DNA of 64,000 nucleotides from Caecitellus pseudoparvulus (GCA_965644315.1 CBFFRQ010000040.1:342124-406123), one strand, 5' to 3'. Shown: positions 25,504 through 37,759, counted from the stretch's first letter. Notes: generated by a model from the sequence alone, not told the origin. Numbers and translations: made by a program.

Positions 25504-25736
25504 TTCGTTGAACTATGATTTCGAGTCCTTCCACGTCCCTCTCGGCACCTGAATGCAAGTCCTGCCAGCAAGTGCAGCGTTGGAGCCCACAGCACAAAAC
25601 CATAGACCTCGCTTCCTGGTAAGGTTTGGACCACGTTGCCATGCCAGTGGCCCACAGCCTTGCCCACACAAGTTGAATTGCACTGTGGGAGAATGAAAAT
25701 GTAGGCTGCGCCCTGCATTGAGCTGGAGGGGGCCAC

Positions 25737-28700
25737 TCATCGCCGCTGGGCCCAGAAGCTCGAGGAGCTGACACCGGCTGCCTTGGCACCTTGCTGCTTG
25801 GACCTGCCACCCTTGCGACCACGCCCCCGACGGCGAGCAGCAGAGGCATCGAAGAAGCCGTAGCCCTGTCCGGAGTCGCGGGAGCGTGGGTCGAAGCCAC
25901 GTCGGCGGAGGCGACGCACGGACAAGTGTCCGCCGCGCCCATACCGCTCCCCACGGTGGTCGTCCCGGGAGAACTGCCCCGTGCGCGTGGCCAGCATGCG
26001 TTCGTTGCTCTCCACCAACGCCTTGGCCTTGTCGGCGAACTCCAGGGCGAGGTGCTGCAGCGGGGACACGTGCACCTTGTGCATGACGATGGAGGAGGTG
26101 GGCTGGTCCCAGCTGGCCAGCAGCTCCTTGTTGATCATCATCTTGGAAACCATACTGTGCACGACGCCGGACTCCAGCTCGAACATGCTGCACAGGGAGC
26201 GCAGGGACATGCTGTCGTAGTAGGGGGCGAAGGTGACCAGGTACGTCTTCAGGCCAGCCTCCCGCACCAGCACGTCGTACTTGGCGGCCACGGCGTCCCA
26301 TGACCGGGTGGCCCACAGCGTCCACACCTTGAGGCCCAGCACCAAGTCCCTGCACCGGCGCCAGTTGCCGTTGTTCAGGGCGAGGCCGGCGGTGATGACG
26401 GTGTCCTTGGTGGTCTCGGGTGGGCCGCTGAAGGTCTTGTTCAGCATCTGCTCCATCATGCGGCGGTAGTCCCGGGAAATCTGCCGGTCGGCGCGGCGGG
26501 GGTTGTTCTCCGCAGCAGCCATGTTGGGCACCTCCAGCAGCATGGCGGCCACCATGTGGCACGCGTCCAGCAGCTCGGCGTGGATGTGCATGTGGTAGGG
26601 CGTCTGCCGGCGCTTCTCACGGCGCTCCTGCTCGGGGGAGCGGTCGGAGAACCGCGTCGTGCCCTGCGCCAGCAGCTCCTTGGCGCGGCCGCTGCCGCAG
26701 ATCTCTGCCAGGCACGCGTGTGCGTCGCGCAGCAGCCCCTCGCGGAAGGCGCAGGTGCCCAGGCACGCCATGGCGCGGTTGAACAGGATCTGCGTCCCCA
26801 CGTCGGCCTTGTGGATGTTGTCCTGCAGCTTGCTCATGAGCAGCAGGTCGCGGGCGGCGTAGAACTCGTCGTGCAGGGCGTGGTTGAAGACGTGGCACAG
26901 CAGAGCGCGTGTGCGGGAGCGGTCGTCACCGTGGTTGTACAGGAAGGTGGCCAGGCGCTGCACCTCTGTGCGGCAGTCTGCCGTCGCCGCGTCCTTGAAC
27001 GGCTCCTGCTCTGGCACGGGGCTGAGGTCGGGCAGGGTGGCCTTCTTCTTGCCCCCTGAGCTGTCCACCACCGCCTCCACACGCTGCGTCAGCGCAGTGA
27101 TGCGGTCAGACACCTCCTGCAGCGCAGCTCGGCGCTGCTCGGCGCAGCTGGCAGCCAAGTCGTCGTGCATGCCGCGGCCGACGGTCTCGTGGCGGTAGTA
27201 CATGTGCTCCAGGCGCACCAGTGCAGCACGGGCGGCGGAGGCGGAGTCCCCCACCCGGACGAAGTAGTCGTGCACGCGCCCGGCGGTGGTGACGAGCCAC
27301 TCCTCGTCTTTCAGGCGGGCGATGTAGTCCTGCGTGTGGGGGTCTGCCGCCTGCAGGCTCTTGGTGAACTCCTCGCTCAGGCGCTCGACGATGGTGGTGA
27401 GCAGGCCCACTGTGCGGACGACGCGCTTGCCGTCCTCGCGCTGCTGCACGGCAGACATGCTGAAGGCCTCCTCCTCGTCCTCCTCGCCGTCGCTCTCGTG
27501 CCCGGCCTTGTGCTCGGCGGCACCAGCCTCCTCGTCGTCGTCGCCGCCATCCTCCTCCCCATCACCCTTGCCGCGCTGCACAGCAGCCTCCGCGACATCG
27601 TCCGTGTTCAGGGGCGCCAGGATGATGTCCTTGTGGGCGTCCAGGACATCCAGGACGCCCCACAGGCCGTGCAGGCACGCCTGCCAGCGCTCCGTGGTCA
27701 GGGCGTTGTCCAGTCCACGGATAGTGTCGAAGCGGGCTGCGATGAGGTGCATGTCCACGGGCAGGCCGTACTCGGCGCCGAACTTGGAAGCCACTGCTGC
27801 CAGGTACTCCAGCTGCACGATGTGGTTGCCGATGTCGGCACCGCGGCGGCCGCGGGAGCTCAGGATCTCGTACAGCTTGCGCTCCAGGTTCTTGGCGGTG
27901 ACCTTGGACAGGCTGACGGCCATGCGGTGCTCTGCCAGCTGCGAGGGCGTCATTTGGGACTCCAGGTCGGCCTGGGAGACGACCTTGGGGGCAGCCTTGG
28001 TGTCGCCCTGCCCGTCACGGCGGCGCACGCGGGTAGCCTGCACCACATCGCGCTTGACCCAGCGAGCGCGCCCAGTCAGGTGCTTGCGGTCGTCGTCCGA
28101 GTCAGAGTCCGAGTCAGAGGTGCTGCTGCCGTCGAACTCGCTGTCGGTGTCAGAGTCGGTGCTGGAGCCGGAAGTGGAGTCCGTCGAGTCGGTGGAGTCC
28201 GAGTCAGAGTCTGTCGTGTCCTCGCCACCCACGACCAAGTCAGAGTCGGAGTCCCCTTCGCCGCCGCCGCTGCCGGCAGCCTTTGCACGCCCAGTGTCGT
28301 ACTCGGCAGGGTAAGCAGAGGGATCCTCATGGCAGGCATCGATCTCGTCACGGAAAGCCTCGACGTACTTCTTCACGGCCTGCTTCGTGCGGTTGTACCT
28401 GGAGGGAGGGAGTGGCAGGGCGCACGTGCAAATTCCGCGGCGGCACCTTGTGCGCAAGGTGGCAGAGCCGGCAAGGCGACGCACCCGGTGGCGTTCGTGC
28501 GGGACATCTTCTTCGTGTCGCTGCGCGTCAACTTCTTGACTGCCTTCTCCAGGTCAGCCAGCACGCGGATGTAGAACTTGGGCGTCTCCTGCGTACAGCA
28601 GCCGAACACAGTGCGTGCAGCTGGCATCGCTTCAAAGCGCCGCGCCAAATGCCTGCCCCAGCGCTGAGCGGGCACGCACGTGGCCCTTGAGGGTGGTACT

Positions 28701-29079
28701 GGACTGTTCGTACTTCAGCACGAGCTTGTTGAAAGCTGCACGGTCGGCGGCAAGCGAGGCGGGTGGCGAACCTGCTCTGCGTGGCGTTTCATGCACCCCA
28801 CGCACCATCCTGCAGCGAGGCCCAGTCGTTGATGCGCAGGGCGTTGCGGACGATGACGACGGAGGCAGCCAGGCCCTCCAGAACACGGTCGGTCTTGCTG
28901 CGCACGATGCGCTCCTCGTCATCGCTGTCAGAGTCGCTGTCGAAAGCGTAGCGTGTAAAGCCACGGCCGGTGCCCTGCACGCCAGAGGCGGGGGCGCCCT
29001 CGCTGGCTGCAGAGTCGGAGTCTGACTCGGATTCATCTGAGGATGAACCCCCGTAGAACTTGTTGGCCATAGACGCCAT
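25737..29079 (-). CDS. EIF3C: Eukaryotic translation initiation factor 3 subunit C
   Basis: Contains acidic N-terminus, RIVRSKTD, INDW, TPKFYIR, EFTKSLQAADPHTQDYI, ARDLLLMS, QILFNRAM, PYHMHI, GPPE and a PCI domain (SKMMINKELLASWDQ). Inferred introns 28736-28805, 28589-28679 and 28399-28484. The start could instead be 29070. Confidence 0.95.
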
Positions 29080-29193
29080 GGCTGGCGCTGGGTGAGCATG
29101 CAGGCCGCTGCCGGGCTCGCCAAGGAAGACGCAGTGGTGGAGAATGAAAAGTGGTGTGAGCGGGTGACTGGCGCTGTCAGCGAGTCTGTGCAT

Positions 29194-29930
29194 TCAAGCG
29201 GATGGCGCGTCAGGAGCCTTGGCCGCCCACTCCTTAGCCTTGGCCTCGTACTCCTCAATCTTGTCCATCATCATCGTGGCCGTGCCGTCGTCCTGAGGGT
29301 TGCCCACGTTGGGCTTGGCCAGGAAGCCGACGATGTGTGCGGCGCGCTTGTCCACCGTCAAGTCCGCGCCCTCAATGCCCTCCATGCACATCTCGCCAGT
29401 GTCGTTGTTCACGTTGGGGTGCAGGAGCTTGCCCGTCTCGAACTTCATCTCGGGGCCGTTAAAGGGGTAGTCTGTCGGGTACTTCAGGATGACCTTGAAC
29501 TGCTTGCCGGCATACGGGCAGGGGCGCTCGGTGCCGTCCACCTCGTACTTCTCCTGCACAAGCAGTGAATTTGGGGTGAAGTGGGGGGGGTGGCGCGCTC
29601 TACACTAGCCCGGGGGGGGAGGCGGGAAGTCCCGCCCGCATTGGGCGGACATGGCAAGCTGCGGGGAAAGCTTCCCACCACGCCAAAACCACGAGGAGGC
29701 GGCGTGCTGGGAGCAGCACTCACGGGTCCGTACACCCACAGGTTCCACGTGTAGGGGTCAGCCTCATCAGGCTGCTCGCAGTGGCCGTTGACGATCTTGG
29801 GCCACTTCTTGGCCTTCTCCTGTGACGTGCAGGGCGAAGCGGAAGTGGAAAGGCGTGTCAGCAAGTGCGGCGAGAAACCCGCCCTCACCTTCGTGAGGCG
29901 CTGCAGGGCCTTGGAGGTGGCAGAAGCCAT
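29194..29930 (-). CDS. Ubiquitin-conjugating enzyme E2 (divergent)
   Basis: Contains RLTKE, W-x5-GP, PYAG, YPTDYPFNGP, HPN and the catalytic Cys (TGEMC). Inferred introns 29820-29888 and 29554-29723. Confidence 0.9.
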
Positions 29931-30176
29931 GACTAGTGCTGTGTGTAGATACCTGTGCTGAGTGGAGGGGGTGATCCGATGAGGAGAGCGCAGAGGGGAC
30001 GACGTGGGTGCCGCCATCGAGCTGGGCAACAGCACGCACACTGGCTCGAAACTGTGCGCAGAGGTACTGATGGAGCAGGATGGGAAGGCGGTGATGTGAT
30101 GTGTTTTGAAGAAGCAGTGGGACTGATCATTAGTGACATGCATTGGAGAAGTTGTCAGGGGGGCTGCTGGGCAGCA

Positions 30177-31658
30177 TCACAGGGCACCGTCGCTGCTTCG
30201 CTGGCGAGTCCGCTCAGCGATGGCGCCGTCCAAGTATGCCCCTGTGGCCATCTCTGCCAGTCTGGACAGTGCCCTGCCAGCTGCAAAGGCGATGTCAGCC
30301 TTGGCGGCCTCTGTCGCACTGCGGGATACCTCCGTCTGGCCTGCCGGGTCCAGAGGCAGGCTGGAGTCGCTGACGAGGTCAGGACTGGGCTGTGACGCGG
30401 CTGGTGCGTCCGTCGTGAAATGCCGCAGAATGTGCTCACGTGGAGATGCACCTTGCACGAGCAGCAGCACTCTGCGCTCGTACACCTCGTCCACGAGGTG
30501 GATGAATCGTCGAGCAGTGTCGGACTCGCCCGCCTTGATGCTTGGCGGCGCGCCCGTCAGCACGAGGCAGCGCAGGCCAACCAGCAAGCGCCGGATGTCG
30601 GTGGGGCTCACAGCTTCCTCACACAGGGCGGCAAAGTCGCACAGCATGGTGGTGGAGGACAGGCGCTGGGCGGGCAGGCTGCGCCCGCCGCCGACATCCA
30701 CTGCCTGCACGTCAGCGGCGCCAGGGGGCGGGGGGGTGTCGGCTGAAGCGACAAGGTGTGTCGCAGCCACATCGTCGATGGGGCTCAGGGTCTCCGCCAG
30801 GGCATGTAGGCCCTGGCGCCCTTCCGCCCAAGTGCTGTGGGCTGCCGGGGTGCCTTGGCGATGGTCCGCCGCTGATGTCAGGTGCAACGCGCGGCACTGG
30901 CGCTGCAGGGCGGCGATGAAAGGCAGGAAGTACTGGCGGTTCAGGCCGTCCTTGTACAGGTCCTCCGGCGGACGGTTGGAGGTGGCGACGACCACTGCCC
31001 CCTGTGCCCACATGCCTGCGAAGAGGCGTGACGCCAGCAGCGCGTCGGCCACGTCTGAGACCTGGAACTCGTCAAAGGCCAGCAACCAGTGGGAGCGGGC
31101 GAGGTTTTTGGCCAGTTGGGCGACGCTGTCTTGCGCCGGGTCGCGGGAGACGTGCCAGCCCCGGCCTTCAGCAACCAGGCGTGCCTGGTTCAGCGCGTGC
31201 AGCTGCGCGTGCACGTCTGCCATGAAGGCGTGGAAGTGCACGCGGCGCTTGCGCTGCACGGGGGCCGCATCGTAGAACATGTCCATGAGCATGGACTTGC
31301 CGCTGCCCACAGGTCCCCACACGTACAGCCCTCGTGGCACGGGGGGTGGAATGGGCTTGACGTCATCGTCATCCGAGTCCGGCTTTGAGAGACGGGAGGC
31401 TTCCCAGGCATCCTGAGCCGCCCAGTGCGCCTGTACAGCTTCTTCGTGGCGGCCAACTTTTGCTAGCAGCCGGTCCATCCGCTGCGCCACGGCTCGCTGC
31501 TCAGCAGATGGCTGCAGATGGCCTTGTCGCACGAGGGCATCAAAATCCGCAGACACGCCACTGAACTGTCGTCGCTGCAGCGCCCCAGGGAAGCGAAACG
31601 GCCGGGCCTGGGCCACCGCAAGCATTGATCTACATGTGGTCCCTGCCCTTGCCTGCAT
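30177..31658 (-). CDS. AFG1L: AFG1/LACE1/ZapE-like AAA ATPase, probably mitochondrial
   Basis: Contains PRGLYVWGPVGSGKSMLMD (Walker A), RVHFHAFM, LLAFDEFQVSDVADA, ATSNRPPEDLY and ARRFIHLVDEVYE. The N-terminus is an Arg-rich presequence-like stretch (LQRRQFS). Start at 31658 or 31625. Confidence 0.92.
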   Translation of the reverse strand: MQARAGTTCRSMLAVAQARPFRFPGALQRRQFSGVSADFDALVRQGHLQPSAEQRAVAQRMDRLLAKVGRHEEAVQAHWAAQDAWEASRLSKPDSDDDDVKPIPPPVPRGLYVWGPVGSGKSMLMDMFYDAAPVQRKRRVHFHAFMADVHAQLHALNQARLVAEGRGWHVSRDPAQDSVAQLAKNLARSHWLLAFDEFQVSDVADALLASRLFAGMWAQGAVVVATSNRPPEDLYKDGLNRQYFLPFIAALQRQCRALHLTSAADHRQGTPAAHSTWAEGRQGLHALAETLSPIDDVAATHLVASADTPPPPGAADVQAVDVGGGRSLPAQRLSSTTMLCDFAALCEEAVSPTDIRRLLVGLRCLVLTGAPPSIKAGESDTARRFIHLVDEVYERRVLLLVQGASPREHILRHFTTDAPAASQPSPDLVSDSSLPLDPAGQTEVSRSATEAAKADIAFAAGRALSRLAEMATGAYLDGAIAERTRQRSSDGAL

Positions 31659-32522
31659 CGTGGGGGTAGCTGCGTGCACTGGGGGACTGGGGGCTGGCGT
31701 CCTCTCCAGCCTGGGCTGGCTCGCCTTGATACTCGCCCTAGCAGTGACAGACACACACAGCCAGACAAACTTGAGGACCAACGAGGCGGTCAGAGTGAAA
31801 GTTTGTGAGCGCTTCGTTTGATCCTTGCAACGAGCTGCCAAGTCGCACTGCTTTGCGAGCATTGCATGGCAGTCTGGACCCGCGAGTGGACTTGCGGCGA
31901 GACGTTGCAAGCCAAGACCACCGGTCCAAGCCCCTTGGTCAGCCACATGGCATTCCCTCCAAGCAACGGCTGTGTGTTTGAAGTCTGTGCGTGGGCATGG
32001 AAGCTGTAGCCGGGACAAGTGGACAAAGAAAGCTTGATCATTAGCCTCAAGTGTCGTGGCACGTAAGGACCAAGCGTGAGGGGAAGGACAGACGGACGCT
32101 TTTTTCGTGTCAACCAGAGGCGCTTCTCTGATTTGCAGGTTGTCCCAGACGGCCAGCATCTTCTGAAAGATCGCGACCAGAGACGGCACTGTGGCACCAG
32201 CTTGCGCATTCTGTTCATGCAAGAAGCGACACAAGAGGCAGGGCTTTACGGGCACTCTGCTCAAGCACCGGAGCTGGGACACCTCCAGGTCAGTCACGCA
32301 CGGGCAGCATTTCCTCAGGGACTTCAAGCTATGCTGTGGACACAAACATGACCACGACAAGCTTGATGCGTCCACGCTTTTTGCATTCAGTGCTCAGGCT
32401 TGAGCAGGCTGGCGTTGAAGCGCAGTCAGAGTAATTTCCGCACCTCGCCCTGGAGCGCACCAAGGCACGCGCCCCTCCCTGCCCCAAGCGCCGATTTTGC
32501 ACACCTACCCGCATATTGAAGC

Positions 32523-35500
32523 ATGGAAAGAGTGCAAGGGATGCCTGCTGAAGAGATCGAGGCGCTTGCCCGGCATCTGCGCGAGCACGTGGACATTCGG
32601 GATCGGTGCGTGGCTCCAACATGCGGGTATGTCTGGCTTCCATGGCACGTTGCCTTGGCGCGCCGCCACACCGCAGGGTGCACCGCATTCGCCTGTACCC
32701 CAACGTTTTCGTCGGTCAAGATGCCGTGTCGTGCCTGGTGTCGTCGGGAGTGGCGGCTGACCGCGCCCACGCCGTGGCGCTGGGAAGTGTGCTGCAGCAG
32801 GCGGGGTACATGCACCACGTGCACGATGACCACGACTTCGCCGACCAGTGGCTGTTCTTCCGCTTCTACGTGGACGAAGTGGACCTCGTCAACGATCCTG
32901 GCTTCTTCTCCCCCATCGTCTCCACCTCCACCAAGCTCGGAGCCCCGCTCACCGTGCAGCAAACGTCCCTCATCGCACTGCGCCACGGGCCCAAGCTGCT
33001 GCCCCTGCCCCGCCACGTGCCCTGGCGCCTGCCTGCCCACGTGTGGAGCAACAGCATCATCATCTCACCTGCTTGGGCCGATGCCTTCCACCGCGCTCTG
33101 GGCTGTGGCTGTGTGGTGCAGGTGGCGGCGCAGGTGGCGCTGCTGCGCCGCATCGCCCTCGCCGCTGCCATCGCAGAAGGCAGTGCCCCTGCCGTGCCCT
33201 GGCGGTGCCCCCCTCGTACAGAGTGGGAGACGGCCTCCTCTGGCGGCGGCGTGGTCGTGCAGCGCCTGCGCACATTCCCCGAGCCTGGCGTGGCCAAGGG
33301 CGACATGGGTGGCCGCGGAGTCAGCCACTTCTCAGCCTACCGCTCCTCCACCACCCTGCCCCTGCCCCTGCCCCTGACTGGCGCCCTCATCACCTCCATG
33401 CGCGCCCGTGTGCAGTGGGACCCCATGTGTGCCTTTGCGCAGTGCATGGGACCCGCCTTCCTCTTCGACCCTGCTCCCACACGCAGCGCGTCGGCGGAGG
33501 GTGGCGTGTCCACTTCCTCCCCCTCCTCCGGCGCACCAGGCAGCACGTCGCCGCAGAGCACACCTCCTGCCCGCATGCGCTCCGCCTCACACGGCGTGGA
33601 GGTGTCCATTCCGCAGGTGTCCTCGTCGGCTTCCCTGCCCGGCATGGTGTCGGGGTCGCCCACCGCCGCTGCGCGCAAGGGCCAGCCCACCCCACCCGCA
33701 GCAGCAGCGGAGCCGGAGGAAGAGCTCATGTCGCAGCGGTGGGCAGGGTGGTGGAAGAAGTCCCCCGTGGGGCGAGCCCTAGCTGGGGTGCTGTCGCCCG
33801 CGTCCACTGCTTCCCCTGCTCCTCCGCCCGCTCCAGGGGGTGATGAGACGGTGGCAACGGGCGTGTTCCGGCCCCCAGGATCGCCTCCGCCCACCCTGCC
33901 GACGGCGTCCAAAGGTGGGCACTTCTCAGCTGCCCTGCCTATGCTGCCCCCCACACCCACAGTGTCCCCGTACACTCTGCAAGCTCGGCAGGCGGCGCAG
34001 AACCTGCTGCAGAATTGCCAGCTGCTGTACCGGCGCATGCAGGCGGTGAGTGTCATGGGCAGCATGCGGGACTCGGTCGTGCTGCAGGACGTCTTCGTGC
34101 CACCGACTGCGTGGGTGGAGGAGGCTGAGGGGGGCAAAGGCAGTCCGCTGCCCGTGTCGGTGCTGCCGCAAGACGCGCCAGGGGTGGTGGAAGCGGCCAC
34201 CAAGGACCCCTCCCCCTCCCACGCACTGCTGCTGGAGGTGAGCCTGAAGCACCGCGCAGCGCCACCCCTGAAGGGCCTGCGGCGTGCTGACGTGATGATG
34301 ACTGTGTACCACCTGGCACCGTGCGAGGGGGGTGCGGCCACTCGGGTGACACTGCTGTCGCAGCTGCACCTGGCGGGCAAGATGCCCATCTGGGCAGCCG
34401 GCACCCTGAAGGAGTTCCAGACGGCACAGCCCCTGCGGCAGCTGGCGGACCTGGCTCGGCGCCTGGTGTCTGAGAAGGGCCCCGAGGCGCTGCAGGCAGC
34501 GGCCAAGGGCGCCAGCGCTGTCGCCTTCACGCGGTCCATGACGCGGCTGGCCAGCGGCGCGGTGGCTGCCCAGCACCGCAAGGTGCTGTCTGTGACAGCG
34601 TCGCCGCTCTCTGCCCGGGCGGTGCCTACCCTGCACACTGTGAGCGAAGACACCCTGGACACATCGGGGGGCGAGGGGTCAGGTGGGGACCCGTCCTCGA
34701 CGCAGCAGCCTGCGTCCCCCGCCCCAGCGCCACAGGCCTCCACTTCTGAGGGGTCTGGGGAGGCCACCGCAGGGGCTGGGGCGGGCATGTCGCCCATGTG
34801 CACAGAGGAGGAGCTGATGCACGAGCGCATCGCCCGGTCTTTCAAACGCAGTGGGGCGGCCCAGCCCTTGGAGGGGTATGAGTCGGATGGCTCAGACGGG
34901 GAGGAAGGGGGTGGGGATGCCGCTGACATGCCGGTGACCTCTGCTGGCAAGGTGGGCCCCAAGGACTTCATGGTGCTGGCAGTGCTGGGGCGGGGCGGGT
35001 ACGGCAAGGTGTTGCTGGTGCAGCATACGGGCACGCGGGCCCTGTACGCGATGAAGACGCTGAAGAAGAGCGCCGTCATCCGCCGCAAGCAGGTGGGGCG
35101 CACCATGGTGGAGAAGCTGATCCTGGAGCGCGTGGCACACCCCTTCATCGTGAACCTGGTCTTCTCCTTCCAGACACGCAAGAAGCTGTATATGGTCATG
35201 GAGTACGTGATGGGGGGGGACCTGTTCACGCTGCTGTCCACGCGTGGCCTTGCCAGTGAGCCCCGGGCCCGACTGTACATGGCGGAGATGATTCTGGCCC
35301 TGGAACACCTGCATGCGGCAGGGGTGGTGTACCGTGACCTGAAGCCGGAGAACGTCCTGCTGGACGCCGAGGGGCACTTGAAGCTGACTGACTTCGGGCT
35401 GTCTCGCCTGTCCAACAGGGAGGGGCAGTCAGTGGCTGACAGCGTCGCCAGCGCAGTGGCCAGCGCGACACACCTGCCCTCTGCGGCGGAGGAGGCCACC

Positions 35501-36142
35501 TTCAGCTTCTGCGGTACGGAGCAGTACATGGCGCCGGAGATGCTGCTGCAGAAGGGCGCTGGCGCCGCGGCAGACTGGTTCTCCCTCGGCATCGTGTTCA
35601 GCGAGATGATGACGGGGCGACACCCCTTCCGCGGCGCCTCGCACTTGGACACCCTGCGCAACATTGTGAACCCCAACGTGCCCCCCGCCACCGTGTCCAG
35701 TCTGTCTCCCTCCGCTGGCGCCCTGCTCGTCGGTCTCCTGCACGTGGATCCCGAGCGCCGCCTGGGCAGTGAGGCGGCAGGGGGCGTGGCGGCGCTCAAG
35801 TCGGCGCCCTTCTTCGCAGGTGTGGACTGGGATGTCGTGGCAGCGCGAGGGTACCAGCCCCTGTACGTGCCCCGCATCCAGGGCGGCGCAGACACCTCCA
35901 ACTTCGACACGGCCTTCACACGGGAGGCGCCTGTGGACAGCACGGCGTCCTCTGTCGCAGGGGCGGACCCAGACAAGTTCGCTGCCATCTTTGCAGAGCT
36001 GCCCTTCACCGCTGATGGACGGGCAGGGGACAGCGGGGACACCTGGCGATTCCCCGGCTTCTCTTTCGCTGACCAGGATGCCCTGGGCGAAGCGGTGGCA
36101 GATGCTGTGGACGAAGTGCTGGGCGCCGGTGCTGGCCAGTGA
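32523..36142 (+). CDS. AGC (S6K/RSK/SGK-like) protein kinase with N-terminal DEP and START domains
   Basis: Intron 32606-32676 gives the DEP segment IRDRVHRIRLYPNVFVGQDAV...FFRF. START-like segments include WETASSGGGVVV, QWDP, RDSVV and RVTLLSQLHLAGKMP. Kinase motifs are GRGGYGKV, YRDLKPEN, DFG, SFCGT...APE, and the hydrophobic motif FPGFSF. Confidence 0.9.
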
Positions 36143-36540
36143 CTTCACGTGCAAGGTATGGTGGGTGCAGCAGAGCAGGGTGACATGGCCCTGCTCCTCG
36201 CAACCCGGCAGCGCCGCGCCGACGGCGTGGTGCTTCTGAACAGCCTGCAATGCAAGTCTCGACCGTGGGGTGTATTCGGGGGCGCCGATTGCCAGTGCAG
36301 TCCACCGCGTGTGATAAACAGCACTTGCGTCGCAAGTGCTTGTACAGCGCGAGGGGGTATGAGCTGCTCAACAGCACGAGGGAACACCAATTGCAGGCAG
36401 CTCAACTTCCACCAAACTACAAGCCCCAACACCTCCTTGACCCACTGTTTCAATCGTTTGCGCAGACTTACTGGTGTGGCCATCTTCTGCAGGCAGCATT
36501 CAGGTTGCAAGTCACCGCGGAAATTGAGAAGCACCGCAGC

Positions 36541-37584
36541 ATGGCTACAGACTCAACTGCAAAGGGCGTGCAGGTCAAGTTCCTGGATGCGTGTGAAGCT
36601 GGTGATGTGGATGCACTGCGGCAGTTGCTCGGGGATGGAGGCAGGGCAGCAACGAAGGAAGTGGTGGAGGCTTTGTCAGAAAAGGCTGACAGCGACGGAG
36701 TTTCCTCCTGGTTTGACGCGAGTCAGGAAGGCAAGCCAAAACAGGCGCTTGAAAAGAAGCCATATTGGGACATCAGTATTCAGCCACGTTCTGGGAAATG
36801 GGTTGACTGTGGCCTTCTCATTGTCTGTGCCCTTGGTCGTGTAGAAGCGTTGCGAACGTTGCTGGCCCTGACTGGGCCACTGGAAGTGGATGTGCATGTA
36901 GAAAGCTCCCAGTTTGGAACTGAAGCCGCATTTCACAGCGCTTGCGCAAATGGCCGCGTGGAAATCGTTCGCGAGCTGCTATCGCTGACTGGCAGCCGGA
37001 GGGTCGACGTGTACCTTGGAAGCAAGAAGTACCCTGTAGGTGCACTGCGCTCTGCCTGCACGTGGGGCAACCTGGATGTTGTGAGAGAGCTCCTGGCCCT
37101 GAAAGGTGACAGGACGATGGATGTGCATGCAGGCTCCTGTGGTACTGCCCCATGCGAGGCCCCACTCTGCTCAGCTTGCGCGAATGGCCACGTGCATGTG
37201 GTGCGAGAGCTGCTCTCCTTGACCGGCGAGCGGAGAGTAGACGTGAACAGCCCGACCAAGTATGGATCTGGGGATCCCTTATGGTGGGCATGTGTGGGCG
37301 GTAATGTTGGGGTTGTGCGTGAGCTTCTGTCGCTCACTGGGGATCGAGAGGTGGATGTACATGCGCATTCTGAGTCAAACTTTCGTTTCGCGTGCAAGAA
37401 CGGCCATCGGGGTGTTGTGTGCGAGCTTCTGAAGCTCACAGGGGATCGATCTGTGCGGCCAGCATTCGAGGCGTGTCGGGAAGGGTATGGAGCCTACTTG
37501 CTCAAGCATGCTCTGTGGTACGGGTCTGAAACTGTGTGCTCTCGCCGGTCGATGTTGCTGCTGAGAGCCTCCGTGCGACACTGA
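36541..37584 (+). CDS. Ankyrin-repeat protein (intronless, ~347 aa)
   Basis: About 6 units of AC-x-x-G-x-x-x-VVRELL-x-LTG-x-R-x-VDV. ATG at 36541 (MATDS); the upstream TTG start in the ORF track is unlikely. Confidence 0.85.
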   Translation: MATDSTAKGVQVKFLDACEAGDVDALRQLLGDGGRAATKEVVEALSEKADSDGVSSWFDASQEGKPKQALEKKPYWDISIQPRSGKWVDCGLLIVCALGRVEALRTLLALTGPLEVDVHVESSQFGTEAAFHSACANGRVEIVRELLSLTGSRRVDVYLGSKKYPVGALRSACTWGNLDVVRELLALKGDRTMDVHAGSCGTAPCEAPLCSACANGHVHVVRELLSLTGERRVDVNSPTKYGSGDPLWWACVGGNVGVVRELLSLTGDREVDVHAHSESNFRFACKNGHRGVVCELLKLTGDRSVRPAFEACREGYGAYLLKHALWYGSETVCSRRSMLLLRASVRH

Positions 37585-37759
37585 AGAGAGCATTGCGGAG
37601 AAGTTCGACACTGTGCAGGTCTAATGCACCTCCCACTTCCCCGCCTCGAGTCAAAATAAAGGCTTGGGCAATCCCAGTGACTCGCCAGTGCTCGTTTGCT
37701 GGCGCCTGCTCGGCTGATCTGTGCGTGGCGCACCTCGCAGGCAGCAACAAGGCAGGGCC

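Noticed and set aside
31659-32375. N-terminal extension of the AFG1 ORF, or an extra gene in this spacer
   Set aside because: It has no motifs and an intergenic-like composition. A presequence-like start lies at 31658/31625.
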